From NCBI GenBank assembly GCA_002727675.1, contig PBXQ01000073.1, positions 31,272-95,271 of the forward strand: 64,000 nt of DNA, in the 5' to 3' direction. Below, piece by piece: positions 48,194-58,758 of the stretch; the first letter of the stretch is position 1, and each line of letters begins with the position of its first letter. The notes beneath the pieces were generated by a model, which was not told the DNA's origin, did not search any database, and saw nothing but the letters and a program-made list of their open reading frames with translations. Source of the DNA: Thermoplasmata archaeon. Lineage in GTDB: Archaea > Thermoplasmatota > Poseidoniia > Poseidoniales > Thalassarchaeaceae. The translations under genes and the position numbers were made by a program.

Positions 48194-48937
48194 TTAGAAA
48201 TCAAAGAGATTTTTTTCACGCAGCAGAGGTTCACCTCTTGGTCTAATAGGGATTTCATTATTATGGTGTTCTCGCCAAGCATTTTGGCTGCTTTTCCAGA
48301 CCCAACGTAGCATTTCATGAGGAATGTTCCCCGATACAAGTGCGGCCATTTGAGCTTGTGTTTTTGGGTCATGGGGATATCCCGAACCAAAATCTACAGA
48401 TTCATTTTTACTAAGTAATTCTATTTCTGAGTCTCTAACAACCTTTGCTATTATGGAAGCCGCTCCAACGACTAGATGTTTTGAATCTGCACCATGTTCA
48501 CTTACAATTTCCCATTTGGGATGTGGCCAACCTATAATCCTAGAACCAACTTTATTGCCAAATTTTTCTTCGTTTACATCACATGCATCGATATGTAATA
48601 TTCCTCGCTTTGGCACCTCAAAAGAAAATAATTCATTACTAATGTGGGCAAACATACCCACTTCTAAATCATTTAATGATCTATTTTCCATCCAATTATC
48701 TATTTGATGGGGGGATGCTTTCAAAACTTCAATTCTCCATCCTCTTTTTGTGGCTTGTTGGTATAGCCATTCATAGCATTCAATTCTTTTATCATTTGGG
48801 ATCAATTTTGAATCTTTAATGCCCATTTTATCTAACATTATTTCATCTTCTTTGGGCAAAGAAATACCCGCAACTACAAGTGGCCCCAAGCAAGGCCCTC
48901 TGCCTGCTTCATCAATACCCATTAGCCACATTTTCAT
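48194..48937 (-). CDS. rnhB: Ribonuclease HII.
   Basis: N-terminal signature LMGIDEAGRGPCLGPLVVAG (GIDEAGRGPvxGPLV) and IIAKVVRD motif. Confidence 0.85.
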   Translation of the reverse strand: MKMWLMGIDEAGRGPCLGPLVVAGISLPKEDEIMLDKMGIKDSKLIPNDKRIECYEWLYQQATKRGWRIEVLKASPHQIDNWMENRSLNDLEVGMFAHISNELFSFEVPKRGILHIDACDVNEEKFGNKVGSRIIGWPHPKWEIVSEHGADSKHLVVGAASIIAKVVRDSEIELLSKNESVDFGSGYPHDPKTQAQMAALVSGNIPHEMLRWVWKSSQNAWREHHNNEIPIRPRGEPLLREKNLFDF

Positions 48938-48940
48938 ACC

Positions 48941-51238
48941 TCAAAAATCTAGGTCAAATTCTTCATCATTGGTACTTTTTTCCACTTTTTCTTTCTTTTC
49001 AGAGTTAGGCGTAATTATACCTACTTTGACAGGTTTCACAACCTTTTTCCCCTTTTTGTTTCCACCTTCAGTCTTTTTCTTTTTTTGATATTTTTCTTTT
49101 CTATTTGTTCTTCCAGTAACAGATTCCTTTTTCGTTAACAACTCCATAGCAGGATGGGGCTCATTTTCTTTGACTAGTTTATTTGCTAATTCATCAAGTA
49201 AATCATTTTCAATTGCTTTTTCATGATGTTCAAAAACAGTATTTGCGGCTTCAAGTAACCCTTCAGAAGGTTTCGAATTTCTCTTCTTTGGTTTAGGTGA
49301 TGATTTTGATGAGAAAACTTCTTTAAATTCATCTGCAGAAACTTGGTTTGCATTTTCAGATTTTATTACTGGAACTTGACTCTTTTCACCGCGATTAAAT
49401 TTACTCATCCACTGGCCGGGTTTTTCTGGTTCAGGTGGTTCGGGGGTAGTCATTCTGGCTTTCCATTCTGCGTCTTTTCGTTGTCTGTGTTTTACTGCTT
49501 GGAATAATATTAAACTACCTATGACTGTAATAATTACAGAGAACCCAATCCCATTAAATTGATTCCATAAATTTGCCAAGTAAAGTTCTATTTCAAGCCA
49601 AAATGAATTTTCAGGAATAGTATCCACGCGGTAACTTATTCCTAGGTAGTCCACTTTAGTTTCATTGGTAAATATAATATCTGGATTCAATGCACTTTGC
49701 ATATCAACTGTCATAGTGATAGTCCCATTAGCCTCTGGATTTTCAGGAATATACATCCATGACCTAAAAGAAAAATTGGCTCCTGGCTGAATCTCATCAA
49801 TAATAAAAAATCGTGGAGCACCAGTTTCTGAGCCATGTTCTGAAAATTCTGGTGGAACTAAACCATGGTCAACACTTACATCAACGTGCAGGCTGACTTG
49901 CAAACCGTCATTTCCATTGCCTACATTTCGTATTGTAAATAGTACAGAAACATTGTCTTGAGAATCGGTGCTATTTTCAACCGCTCGTAATTCCCAATCA
50001 ACAATTTGTGAAACATTTAATTCTATTATTGTGCTATCTATGATTTCCCCTGTTCCAAGTTTTAGTGTTACTGTGGCAAAACCTTGGGTGAATGCAGGCA
50101 TCATTTCATTTACTTTAATCGTAAGTGGGCTAATTTCTTGTGTAGTTCCTTTACTAATGCTGAAAGTATTTTGCGAAATTTCTGTTTGTAACCAATCGGG
50201 CGCATCGACTACCAATTCGTAAGAGTCAGCATAATTACCTAGGTTGGTTACAGATATCGTCGTATTACAGCTATCAAATGGAAGTAGTTTTATTCCATCA
50301 CAACGACCATCAATTGATAGGCTCCCCCCTCTGTCCCAAGAAATCGTGGAATTAATGACAACCATTACACTGTCACTTGGGTTGTATGCACTCCATGCAA
50401 TAACTCCAACTTTCGTAGTGCCTGATGTGACGTCGGGTGGCTGTATTTCCACGTCAAATGTCACCAAGGAATTTACTCCTATACCATTTCCTGATGGGCC
50501 ATTCAAATTGTGAACGTTAAATACGCCCACTAGCCACCCCTCATATTGATAGGATAAATCAGGTGTAAATCCATTAATGGGTGTCCCATTGTCGTCTAAT
50601 GGTACAACTTTTGCAACTAATTGGGCAGGGGAATTTCCTGTATTTCTCAATGTAAGAGTGGTGCGTTTTTTAATGCCCGGGTCAAAACTTAAATTGATAT
50701 TATTTGATTCGTAAGTTGTCTGAAAAACTTCATCTACTTCTAGGCTGAAATTGTAGGTTACTTGTTCATTATCAATACTAGATTTGGCGATAATTTGGAA
50801 ATTATGTTTTATAAAAGCCAGTGGCGAACCATTGATTACTTCTGGCACATCAATCACATATTTTGGCCAAGCAAGGCCTCCAGGTGAGATATTTATTTGA
50901 TTTTCTTGATCACAGGGGGTGCTGGTATTATACCAAAAACAACTCCATTCTGTGTCACTATTCATTGTAAAAGCAACATTATCATCAACTCCTGCTCCGT
51001 TGGTGATATTGACAGCCATGGTAATGTAAATTCCTGCTTGGGCATAGACATTTAGTCCTGAATTAGGGCCCCATGAGAGATTGCTATTCGTATTGTTATT
51101 CCTAGAATTTTCTGCAAAGTAATGGCCTTTGTCTTCATTATCGTATTTTGAAGATGGTGAACTAGTGAATAGTGGATTTTGGCAGGAAATAAATAATGCT
51201 AATAGCAATATTAAGGGTATGACATAATTTCTGCCCAC
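48941..51238 (-). CDS. Surface glycoprotein (765 aa) with signal peptide, CARDB-like beta domains, a C-terminal TM helix and a Lys-rich cytoplasmic tail. It lies 3 nt upstream of rnhB.
   Basis: Signal MGRNYVIPLILLLALFISC. LTLRNTGNSPAQL (CARDB-like). TM FSVIITVIGSLILFQAV followed by KHRQRKD. Tail with KKKKTEGGNKKGKKVVKPVK. Confidence 0.6.
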   Translation of the reverse strand: MGRNYVIPLILLLALFISCQNPLFTSSPSSKYDNEDKGHYFAENSRNNNTNSNLSWGPNSGLNVYAQAGIYITMAVNITNGAGVDDNVAFTMNSDTEWSCFWYNTSTPCDQENQINISPGGLAWPKYVIDVPEVINGSPLAFIKHNFQIIAKSSIDNEQVTYNFSLEVDEVFQTTYESNNINLSFDPGIKKRTTLTLRNTGNSPAQLVAKVVPLDDNGTPINGFTPDLSYQYEGWLVGVFNVHNLNGPSGNGIGVNSLVTFDVEIQPPDVTSGTTKVGVIAWSAYNPSDSVMVVINSTISWDRGGSLSIDGRCDGIKLLPFDSCNTTISVTNLGNYADSYELVVDAPDWLQTEISQNTFSISKGTTQEISPLTIKVNEMMPAFTQGFATVTLKLGTGEIIDSTIIELNVSQIVDWELRAVENSTDSQDNVSVLFTIRNVGNGNDGLQVSLHVDVSVDHGLVPPEFSEHGSETGAPRFFIIDEIQPGANFSFRSWMYIPENPEANGTITMTVDMQSALNPDIIFTNETKVDYLGISYRVDTIPENSFWLEIELYLANLWNQFNGIGFSVIITVIGSLILFQAVKHRQRKDAEWKARMTTPEPPEPEKPGQWMSKFNRGEKSQVPVIKSENANQVSADEFKEVFSSKSSPKPKKRNSKPSEGLLEAANTVFEHHEKAIENDLLDELANKLVKENEPHPAMELLTKKESVTGRTNRKEKYQKKKKTEGGNKKGKKVVKPVKVGIITPNSEKKEKVEKSTNDEEFDLDF

Positions 51239-51317
51239 ACCCTCGCGAATTGTCCTTATTCTTGAAGGATTTCTTCTAATTGCTCAGTAATACTTCAAAC
51301 TTTGAGATATTTGAATA

Positions 51318-51713
51318 ATGTGGTATAATTCTAAGAGGGGAGACCCTAAAGGGCTTAACATGGGGAAGTTTTGGCCATTCAACAAGAAGAAACCCGAGCC
51401 CGAAGGACAAAAGGTAGTTACATACACTAAAGATGAAAATTCTTCTGAAGAATTATTGTCAGACAGAAGTCATATCGAAGATGATCAATATAAGGCAGCA
51501 CTGGATTTATTGACAAAACCTCATTTAGGCTCACCTGAATCTGGAAATCCTTCCACTTCAGAAGTTGTAGAAAATGAAAATACGGGCTCACTCGGCGTCC
51601 CAACTTATATTCAAAGTGATGATGGCTATTGGTATATTTTGAATGATGATGGAAGTTATAATCCTACGGCTTACATTAAGAATGATGATGGATCTTATAG
51701 CGCATATTCGTAG
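51318..51713 (+). CDS. Small acidic hypothetical protein. The likely start is the internal Met near 51360.
   Basis: Open frame between convergent genes, with no motif. A repeated DDGSY/DDGYWY pattern is present. Confidence 0.35.
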   Translation: MWYNSKRGDPKGLNMGKFWPFNKKKPEPEGQKVVTYTKDENSSEELLSDRSHIEDDQYKAALDLLTKPHLGSPESGNPSTSEVVENENTGSLGVPTYIQSDDGYWYILNDDGSYNPTAYIKNDDGSYSAYS

Positions 51714-51720
51714 AGTGGAA

Positions 51721-53481
51721 TCAATGCACAGGGTCAGGAATTAGGCTAGAAATTGCTTCTACATCAAATTCACCTGCTTGAATTGGTACACGTAATTCAA
51801 ACAAGTCTGCGGTGACAGGATCTATTTCCCCGATGGTTCCAACAATTTTACCGGACAATAGTACAGTTGCACCTCTACCATTTAGCCAAGGTCCTGAATT
51901 ATTTGTAATTGGTTCATAAGAAATTTCCATTCCTTCGCTATTTGCCCCAAGGTCTCTAAGTAATGATTGAGCAATTCCTTTAGCTCCAGTAAAACCAGTA
52001 CCTACTTCGGCACATGCCCATGCAACTCTGTCTTTGTTATGGTGGTCATGTACAACTGTTCCTAATTCATACACTCTTTGGGGTAATTCATGATGGCGAT
52101 TTGCTGCTAGTAGCCTTAGTAAACTTGGAATCAAAAATTGCCTCATGATGGTATGTTCTGTAGTGATGGGGTTGTGCAATTCTGTAACTTCATTTACCTT
52201 TTCATATCTCATTTTTGTAAATTGATCTGATTCATTTGATAGTGTTAATGATTGGATTTGCTGCATTCCCAATCCTTGCATTGAATGCCTAATTCGTCTA
52301 TTCAAGGTCATTTTAGGTAAAGGCTTTCCAGCAATATTTTGTTCGGTATGTGATATTCCTAAGTCCTCGAAACCAATTCCTGTTGCTACTTCTTCTACTA
52401 AGTCAACAGGATGTAATATGTCAGCTCGCCATCTAGGCATTTCGATTAAATATTCATCTTCACCTACCGCTGAATCGGCCCACTTCTCTCTAGTTAGTGG
52501 CCCATCAGTAACTACTCTTCTTCGAATTAATTTACCTCCCATTCTATTTAGTGCATCTGAAATTTCTCTATCACTAAATTCTCTGCCCAACACCTCTTCT
52601 AAGAGAGTTTTAGGTAGGCGGTGAACCTTAGGTTTACCATTTGGGCAATCACTAATATTCCCATCCCATCCAGTTAATTCAATACTTTCCACATTACCTT
52701 CTCTAACTGCTAGTGATAAACAGACTAAGAGTAGTGATGATTCACACGCTCTGGCATCCCAGCCAGTAACATCGATGAAGAAGTCATTAGTTGCTTCACT
52801 TACTGTCGTATGTGCTCCGTTAATGATTGGCGGGAATGATAGGACGTCTCCAGCAGAATCTAATATGACTGGGAATTTTTCATAACCTTCTAGTAGGTGT
52901 GCATAATCAATTCCTTTAGGATGCTCTGATAGAATTTCTGAAATTGACATTTTTCGTTCCATTGCTAGAGGAATAAATTCATAATCTGAACCAACTGTAA
53001 CTACTTTGAATGGTGGTTTCAAATTAGAAAGGTCATGCACTCCTACTGAAGATCTCTTTCTCCCACGCCCAAGTGCGAAGTGCAATTTTTCTTGATGGTC
53101 CATTAATCCCTGGATGAATTCATTTCTTGCTTCTTCCGTATGGCCTGTATTAACACCACGTACGACTGCACCATAGATAATTGGTCTAATATTTTCTAGG
53201 GATTGGTCCACAGTCATTTTGATATTCCCTTTATTGACTTTAAGCGTTGGATTAGATGTTTTATTATGTAGGAATGTTCGGGTGGCATAAGCCATAGTTT
53301 CAGCGGATAATAAATCAGGTCTATCAGGAAAAACTTCAATTTCAATGGTTTCATCATTACATTCTTCAACAGAACATCCAATAAGTCCAAGTCTATCTTC
53401 CCAATCTTTTGGAAAATATGTGATGTCGGCATTTAGTTGCAAACGCCTAATCACTTCATGACTAAATGTGACAGTTGGCAT
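51721..53481 (-). CDS. pheT: Phenylalanyl-tRNA synthetase beta subunit, archaeal type.
   Basis: N-terminus MPTVTFSHEVIRRLQ...ITYFPKDWEDRLGLIGCSVEECNDETIEIEVFPDRPDLLSAE matches the archaeal PheT B3/4-domain start. Length is about 586 aa. It lies 10 nt downstream of the GXGXG-domain gene. Confidence 0.8.
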   Translation of the reverse strand: MPTVTFSHEVIRRLQLNADITYFPKDWEDRLGLIGCSVEECNDETIEIEVFPDRPDLLSAETMAYATRTFLHNKTSNPTLKVNKGNIKMTVDQSLENIRPIIYGAVVRGVNTGHTEEARNEFIQGLMDHQEKLHFALGRGRKRSSVGVHDLSNLKPPFKVVTVGSDYEFIPLAMERKMSISEILSEHPKGIDYAHLLEGYEKFPVILDSAGDVLSFPPIINGAHTTVSEATNDFFIDVTGWDARACESSLLLVCLSLAVREGNVESIELTGWDGNISDCPNGKPKVHRLPKTLLEEVLGREFSDREISDALNRMGGKLIRRRVVTDGPLTREKWADSAVGEDEYLIEMPRWRADILHPVDLVEEVATGIGFEDLGISHTEQNIAGKPLPKMTLNRRIRHSMQGLGMQQIQSLTLSNESDQFTKMRYEKVNEVTELHNPITTEHTIMRQFLIPSLLRLLAANRHHELPQRVYELGTVVHDHHNKDRVAWACAEVGTGFTGAKGIAQSLLRDLGANSEGMEISYEPITNNSGPWLNGRGATVLLSGKIVGTIGEIDPVTADLFELRVPIQAGEFDVEAISSLIPDPVH

Positions 53482-53491
53482 TATTTCACCT

Positions 53492-55063
53492 TCATCCTAG
53501 CCATTGAGGCATTGGCCTGTCATATCCAGCCAATCGTATTCCTGTAATATTTGCCGTGTCCGAATCTAGGGCTCTAAGGTGGCGGCGGTTTAGTTGATCA
53601 ACACCATCTTCTCCGATTTCAATCAATCTTCCTCTTATCCCCGCATCGATTTCTGCTAACCATGAATCTATTACTTCTGATGTGGCTTTAGCAGATGTAG
53701 GTAAATCTCTATCTGAGAATGGGTTTGATACCACAAAATTTGCCCCGGCTGAACAAATAATCAAAATATCACTATCTGAAGCAGACCATGGTATTGAAAG
53801 GCCTTGGTTTACGCCTTTTCTTGCTAGTTGATGCTCTCGTGCTGAAAGACCCATCATAGGGAGCGCCGCACTTGCTGGAAGTTGTGCGGGTGTAGATGAA
53901 TTTACAATCACCCCGTCACAATCTAATGCAACTGAAAGTCGATGTAGTAGGTTTACTCTATCCACGCCACCTTCTATAATGACGAATGTATCATCGTTTA
54001 ATTTAGACTTAACAAGTGAAATTAAGGCATCCAGTTCCGCATCGTTTAATCTTGGTAATTCATCAATACAAATCACGGCCCCACCAGCTTCAGTTAGCCA
54101 TTTTGCAGAATCATGTAAATTATCTTCATTAATTCTGATTAAATCAATTGGCCTAGGATTAGATTCTACTATGCATGGTTGCCTACTAATAAATCTCCCA
54201 GTTAGCCCCTTTCCGCTACTAAGTCTTGGGAAAATCGGAATTGGTAGTAAAATTCCCTTTTCTTTGTCCCTCAATTGCAATAGTGTTAGTAAATCTAGTG
54301 GGGAGTGTTGATGAAGTCTAGGTTTACCTGATGATACAATTGTTATTGATTCAAATTGAGAATCTACGCCTTGTTCTGGCTTTTCGTTAATGGTGGGGTG
54401 TTCTTCATCGGAAATTATTAGGGCAGCATCAGAATCAATTTTAAGATTTAATTCTGATAATGTTTCATTAATTTCATTGAATGTTTCACTATCCAAAGGA
54501 ATGCTCTTCGCCCCTTCTCCAGGGGGTGGGCAACGGCCGTTGACAATAATGCGCCCACCTAGCATATTTGTGCCAATTTCGGATGCAGCATCTCCCATTA
54601 TTACAAGCGTACCTCCTTTCATCCCGGCTCCACTTCTTTTTCCAGCCGATCCTCTAACTACAATTAGTCCGCCAATCATTCCACAACCGGCTTCCGCTCC
54701 TGCTGAACCTTGGGCGAGAATAACACCATCCTCCATGTTAAGTCCGAGTCTTGCTCCACATTCTTTGTCTACGACTAATTTAGCACCGCGGTTCCAGGCT
54801 CCAAAAAGCCCTGATGTTTCCCCCTCAAGGGTGAAATTACCCCCTTCGGCACATATGGCTGTTAAATCACTGATGTTCCCAAGAAGTCTTACTCTAGCAC
54901 CAATAGGTAAATGAGACGCTACACCCATTTCACCATCACGTGGTTTTGGGTCATTCCCTTTACCCCATCCTATTTTTATTGCCTTGTTTACCTTGAGTGC
55001 TTTATCTAATAGAGAAGACAGTTCTCTATTCAACTGAATGCTCTTCTCAACTATCTCTCGCAT
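53492..55063 (-). CDS. GXGXG beta-helix domain protein (glutamate synthase domain-3/FwdC-like) fused to a C-terminal domain of about 330 aa. Possible archaeal-type glutamate-synthase-related subunit.
   Basis: Repeated GxxGxxG units: GNFTLEGETSGLFGAWNRGAKLVV, GSAGAEAGCGMIGGLIVVRGSAGKRSGAGMKGGTLVIMGDAASEIGTNMLGGRIIVNG. The C-terminal region was not confidently assigned. Confidence 0.55.
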   Translation of the reverse strand: MREIVEKSIQLNRELSSLLDKALKVNKAIKIGWGKGNDPKPRDGEMGVASHLPIGARVRLLGNISDLTAICAEGGNFTLEGETSGLFGAWNRGAKLVVDKECGARLGLNMEDGVILAQGSAGAEAGCGMIGGLIVVRGSAGKRSGAGMKGGTLVIMGDAASEIGTNMLGGRIIVNGRCPPPGEGAKSIPLDSETFNEINETLSELNLKIDSDAALIISDEEHPTINEKPEQGVDSQFESITIVSSGKPRLHQHSPLDLLTLLQLRDKEKGILLPIPIFPRLSSGKGLTGRFISRQPCIVESNPRPIDLIRINEDNLHDSAKWLTEAGGAVICIDELPRLNDAELDALISLVKSKLNDDTFVIIEGGVDRVNLLHRLSVALDCDGVIVNSSTPAQLPASAALPMMGLSAREHQLARKGVNQGLSIPWSASDSDILIICSAGANFVVSNPFSDRDLPTSAKATSEVIDSWLAEIDAGIRGRLIEIGEDGVDQLNRRHLRALDSDTANITGIRLAGYDRPMPQWLG

Positions 55064-55230
55064 TACACACCCTCAACTGTGTCCCGACACCACATGTTAT
55101 TGATGATGACGCTTCTATCTTATCGTTAATTCCATTTTTACGCCCTTTGGGCGTTTAGGGTTTTATTGGTTATGTTCTTAGACAGTTGTCTATCGCCACC
55201 TACTGCAGGCAGTGGCGGGAGTGGTATTTG

Positions 55231-56271
55231 GTGACTTCAATTAAAGTGGCAATTAATGGATTTGGAACAATTGGTAAGAGGGTCGCTGATGCAGTAGATG
55301 CTCAAGATGATATGGAGATAGTTGGTGTTACCAAGACAGGACCTTCATTTGGTTGTGATTTAGCTGTAAAGAAGGGTTTTCCACTTTATTGTACATTTGA
55401 TGAACCAGATAGAATAGCTCGGTTTTCAGAGCAAGGATACAATTGCTTGGGTGGTTTATCTTATTTAATGGCTGTTGCTGATGTTGTTGTTGATTGTTCT
55501 CCTGGAAAAATGGGCGCTGATAATTTGGCAAAGTACCAATCTGCTGGTGTCAAATATTTGTTCCAAGGTGGTGAAAAGCATGAATTAACAGGTCGTTCCT
55601 ACACAAGTTCTGCAAATCACAAGGAGAATCTAGGGGTTGAAGGTGTAAGGGTGGTGTCGTGTAATACTACTGGATTATCTAGGACATTAGTTCCTCTTTA
55701 CGAGTATTGTGGTTCATTAAAAGTTGAATGCACTATGATACGCCGTGCTGCAGATCCAGGTGATTCTAGCAAGGGTCCAATTAATGCTATTAAACCAGTA
55801 CTAAAAGTCCCCAGTCACCATGGTCCTGATGTGATGACAGTGAAACCCGAAATTGAAATAAATTCTCTTGCAGTAGCAGTCCCAACTACGATAATGCATC
55901 TGCATGCTATTATTGCAGACTTACCGGAAGGCCATGGGTTAACTACAGATGCAATATTGGCTATGTGGGAGGAAACCCCTAGAGTGATAGTAATGAATGG
56001 GTCGGATAACCGTATTACTACCACAGCTGAAGTGATGGAAATGGCAAGAGATATTGGTCGTAAATGGGGCGACTTACACGAGATATTTGTATGGGAAGAT
56101 GGAGTTAGCTTGGTAGGTAATCGTCTATATTATTTCCAAGCAATTCACCAAGAATCAGATGTAATTCCAGAGAATGTGGACGCTATAAGGGCAGTGATGG
56201 GCATAGATATGGACTGGCGTACTTCAGTAGCAAAAACAGACGCTGCAATTTCTGCATATTACAACCTATAA
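55231..56271 (+). CDS. gap: Glyceraldehyde-3-phosphate dehydrogenase, archaeal (class II) type. The ORF-track start at 55186 is probably too far upstream; a TTG/GTG start lies at 55228/55231.
   Basis: IKVAINGFGTIGKRVADAVDAQDDMEIVGVTK NAD-binding N-terminus and catalytic VVSCNTTGLSR motif typical of archaeal GAPDH. Confidence 0.85.
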   Translation: MTSIKVAINGFGTIGKRVADAVDAQDDMEIVGVTKTGPSFGCDLAVKKGFPLYCTFDEPDRIARFSEQGYNCLGGLSYLMAVADVVVDCSPGKMGADNLAKYQSAGVKYLFQGGEKHELTGRSYTSSANHKENLGVEGVRVVSCNTTGLSRTLVPLYEYCGSLKVECTMIRRAADPGDSSKGPINAIKPVLKVPSHHGPDVMTVKPEIEINSLAVAVPTTIMHLHAIIADLPEGHGLTTDAILAMWEETPRVIVMNGSDNRITTTAEVMEMARDIGRKWGDLHEIFVWEDGVSLVGNRLYYFQAIHQESDVIPENVDAIRAVMGIDMDWRTSVAKTDAAISAYYNL

Positions 56272-56337
56272 TTCGATGATACTTAGACGCTCTAAGAGCG
56301 TCAACTATCAAAAGGGGCTTGATGACTCGACAATTCA

Positions 56338-58716
56338 ATGCGTCGTGTACTGCTGGCCAGTTTGCTTGTATTTCTAATGCTGAGTATGTCATGGGCATCA
56401 TTTGCTACACAAGACGAAATGATTGAAAATAATGATAATTCAATACAATTAGATGATCAATCAATTCATTGGACTGCTGATGAAGCGTCTAAGTATTGGC
56501 AAATGACATCCCCAACAAGTCAAATCATGGTTCCATTATCTACGCCATCTCATCAAATCCATACTGTTTTGGGTTCTTTTGACCCTTTATCGCAAGATCC
56601 ACCCCTACCCCCTAGTGCTTTCCGTGATCACTTTGATGTTGATAATACGAGATTGATTATCGTACAACTTATTCACCATGATAGAACTGCAATAGAAGAT
56701 TTAGTCAATAGCCTTGGTTTAGTAGACCTTGATCATATTCCAGATGATTCCTATTTGATGCGTCTTCCCGCAGATGCTAAAGTTGCTGCAAGAGCGTTGG
56801 ATGAACTATCAAACCACCCAATGGTACGTTCATTACTGGTTCAACACCCGGGTTGGAGATTACAACCTGAATTAATGAATTTATCAATAGATTCTCTAAG
56901 TGGGGGTGAAGTCAAATTAATTGATGTAGATATTACTCCTGCTGGTGATTTATCTTCTGAACAATTGGTTGATTTACAAATCAGTTTACTTTCCACTGGT
57001 GCTGAAGAAGTTCGTTGTGATGCTTGGTTATGCCAGGTTCGTGGAATTGATCCTGCTTGGTTTTCAGTAATTGCTAACGATGGTAGAATTTTGTTTACGG
57101 AATCACGCAGCATGTTAGTAATTTCTAACGATTATGCTAGAGATATTGTTAGAATTGATGAAGTAATATCAAATCATAATAGTGGCCTTGATGGCACAGG
57201 TGAAGTTGCTGCAATTTCTGATTCTGGATTAGATTCAGATCATGGTGATTTTAACAATAGATTGCTTTCAATTTACCACACATTTGGTCCCGATTCTTCT
57301 GGTGCTGATACCCATAGTGGGCATGGCACACATGTTGCAGGGATTATGCTTGGTGATGGTAGTGGCGACTCTAACTATCAAGGGATGGCTCCAGCAACAA
57401 CATTTCATTTCTATCAAATGGAACATGACCAATCGGGACAGTTAGCACGATGGGGTTCTCTGTATGATATGTTTAGAGACTCGCGACAGAAATCTGCAAG
57501 TGTTCATAGTAATTCTTGGGGCAGTGAAAATATGGGTGGCCAATATACCTCTGATAGCCGTTCAGCCGATTCATTTATGGATGATTATAATGATTATACT
57601 GTACTTTTTGCTGCTGGTAATGAGGGGTCTCAAGGTTCAACTACTATTGCACCTCCTTCAACAGCAAAGAATGTCATGACAATTGGAGCATCTACTACAG
57701 GCCAATGGGGGACACCTTCTGCTGGCCAAGTAGCCTCATTTTCTAGTCGTGGAAATACTCTAGATGGACGTATTAAACCAGATGTAGTGGCACCGGGCGT
57801 TCAGATTTGTTCTGCTAGGGCTGAAGAGGCTCAATATCCAGCAGGTCCATCATGTTCTAACGCTAGACATGGCAATAATGATCCAATGTATATGTCTGCT
57901 GATGGTACTTCAGCAGCAACTCCTGTGACATCGGGTGCATCTGTACTAGTTCGCCAGTTCCTTCGTACTCAAATGAGTGTTAACCAACCACACAGCGATT
58001 TAATCAAAGCTATAGTGATTAATGGTGCTAAGGATATTGGCACAGCTAACATCCCAAATGCAGATGAAGGATGGGGTCAAGTTGATTTACAGCGTAGTAT
58101 TTACCCCACAAGTGGAATATTGTCAATGAATACTTTCTTTGACCAAGAACAGTCTTTAACTCCGGGCTATTCTTACTTATACACATACAGTATAGATGGT
58201 TCTTATGGCTTGTCAGTAACTTTGGTTTGGAATGACCGTGAAGGTTCATCTTCCTCAAGCCAGTCTTCATCCCGCTTAGTAAACAATCTAGATTTGTTGG
58301 TTAGTGCTCCCGATGGCACGCAGTACAAAGGCAATGTATTCCAAAATGGACTTTCAACTACTGGCGGCTCACCAGATAATTTGAACAATGTTGAAAGAGT
58401 TAAATTAGGTTCTACTCAAACTGGTAATTGGTCTATTCAAGTTTCTAATTCAGGTGGCGCAGAACAGGATTATTCAGTAGTTATTACAGCAATGGGTAAT
58501 GAAAACCCGGTTAGTGATCTTGCTACAATTTCCAATAGCCTTTGGGTTTCAACATCTGACCCATTAGAAGGTGAAACCCTAATCATGGGGGCTAATTGGG
58601 TCAATCAGGCACCTTCAACAACGGGGTCATATGAAGTAAAAGTTGATGATTTAACTACTGGAATGATGCTCTATAATAAGACTAAGAGTGGTTTGTCAGG
58701 TGGTACTAGTGATTAA
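56338..58716 (+). CDS. Secreted subtilisin-like serine protease (S8) with signal peptide. The ORF ends at a single in-frame TAA at 58714-58716 and continues in the same frame as the next ORF.
   Basis: Signal MRRVLLASLLVFLMLSMSWASFA. Catalytic motifs AAISDSGLDSDHGDF (Asp), HGTHVAGIMLG (His), AAGNEGS (oxyanion Asn), GTSAATPVTSGASVLV (Ser). Confidence 0.8.
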   Translation: MRRVLLASLLVFLMLSMSWASFATQDEMIENNDNSIQLDDQSIHWTADEASKYWQMTSPTSQIMVPLSTPSHQIHTVLGSFDPLSQDPPLPPSAFRDHFDVDNTRLIIVQLIHHDRTAIEDLVNSLGLVDLDHIPDDSYLMRLPADAKVAARALDELSNHPMVRSLLVQHPGWRLQPELMNLSIDSLSGGEVKLIDVDITPAGDLSSEQLVDLQISLLSTGAEEVRCDAWLCQVRGIDPAWFSVIANDGRILFTESRSMLVISNDYARDIVRIDEVISNHNSGLDGTGEVAAISDSGLDSDHGDFNNRLLSIYHTFGPDSSGADTHSGHGTHVAGIMLGDGSGDSNYQGMAPATTFHFYQMEHDQSGQLARWGSLYDMFRDSRQKSASVHSNSWGSENMGGQYTSDSRSADSFMDDYNDYTVLFAAGNEGSQGSTTIAPPSTAKNVMTIGASTTGQWGTPSAGQVASFSSRGNTLDGRIKPDVVAPGVQICSARAEEAQYPAGPSCSNARHGNNDPMYMSADGTSAATPVTSGASVLVRQFLRTQMSVNQPHSDLIKAIVINGAKDIGTANIPNADEGWGQVDLQRSIYPTSGILSMNTFFDQEQSLTPGYSYLYTYSIDGSYGLSVTLVWNDREGSSSSSQSSSRLVNNLDLLVSAPDGTQYKGNVFQNGLSTTGGSPDNLNNVERVKLGSTQTGNWSIQVSNSGGAEQDYSVVITAMGNENPVSDLATISNSLWVSTSDPLEGETLIMGANWVNQAPSTTGSYEVKVDDLTTGMMLYNKTKSGLSGGTSD

Positions 58717-58758
58717 ATAGTTTTCACTCATACTTTTGTTACTACGGGCTTCCATGAT

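Noticed and set aside
54390-54914. 174 aa plus-strand ORF (and 53979..54311) inside the GXGXG-domain gene
   Set aside because: Antisense of a Gly-rich coding region, which gives a Pro/Ser-rich shadow ORF.
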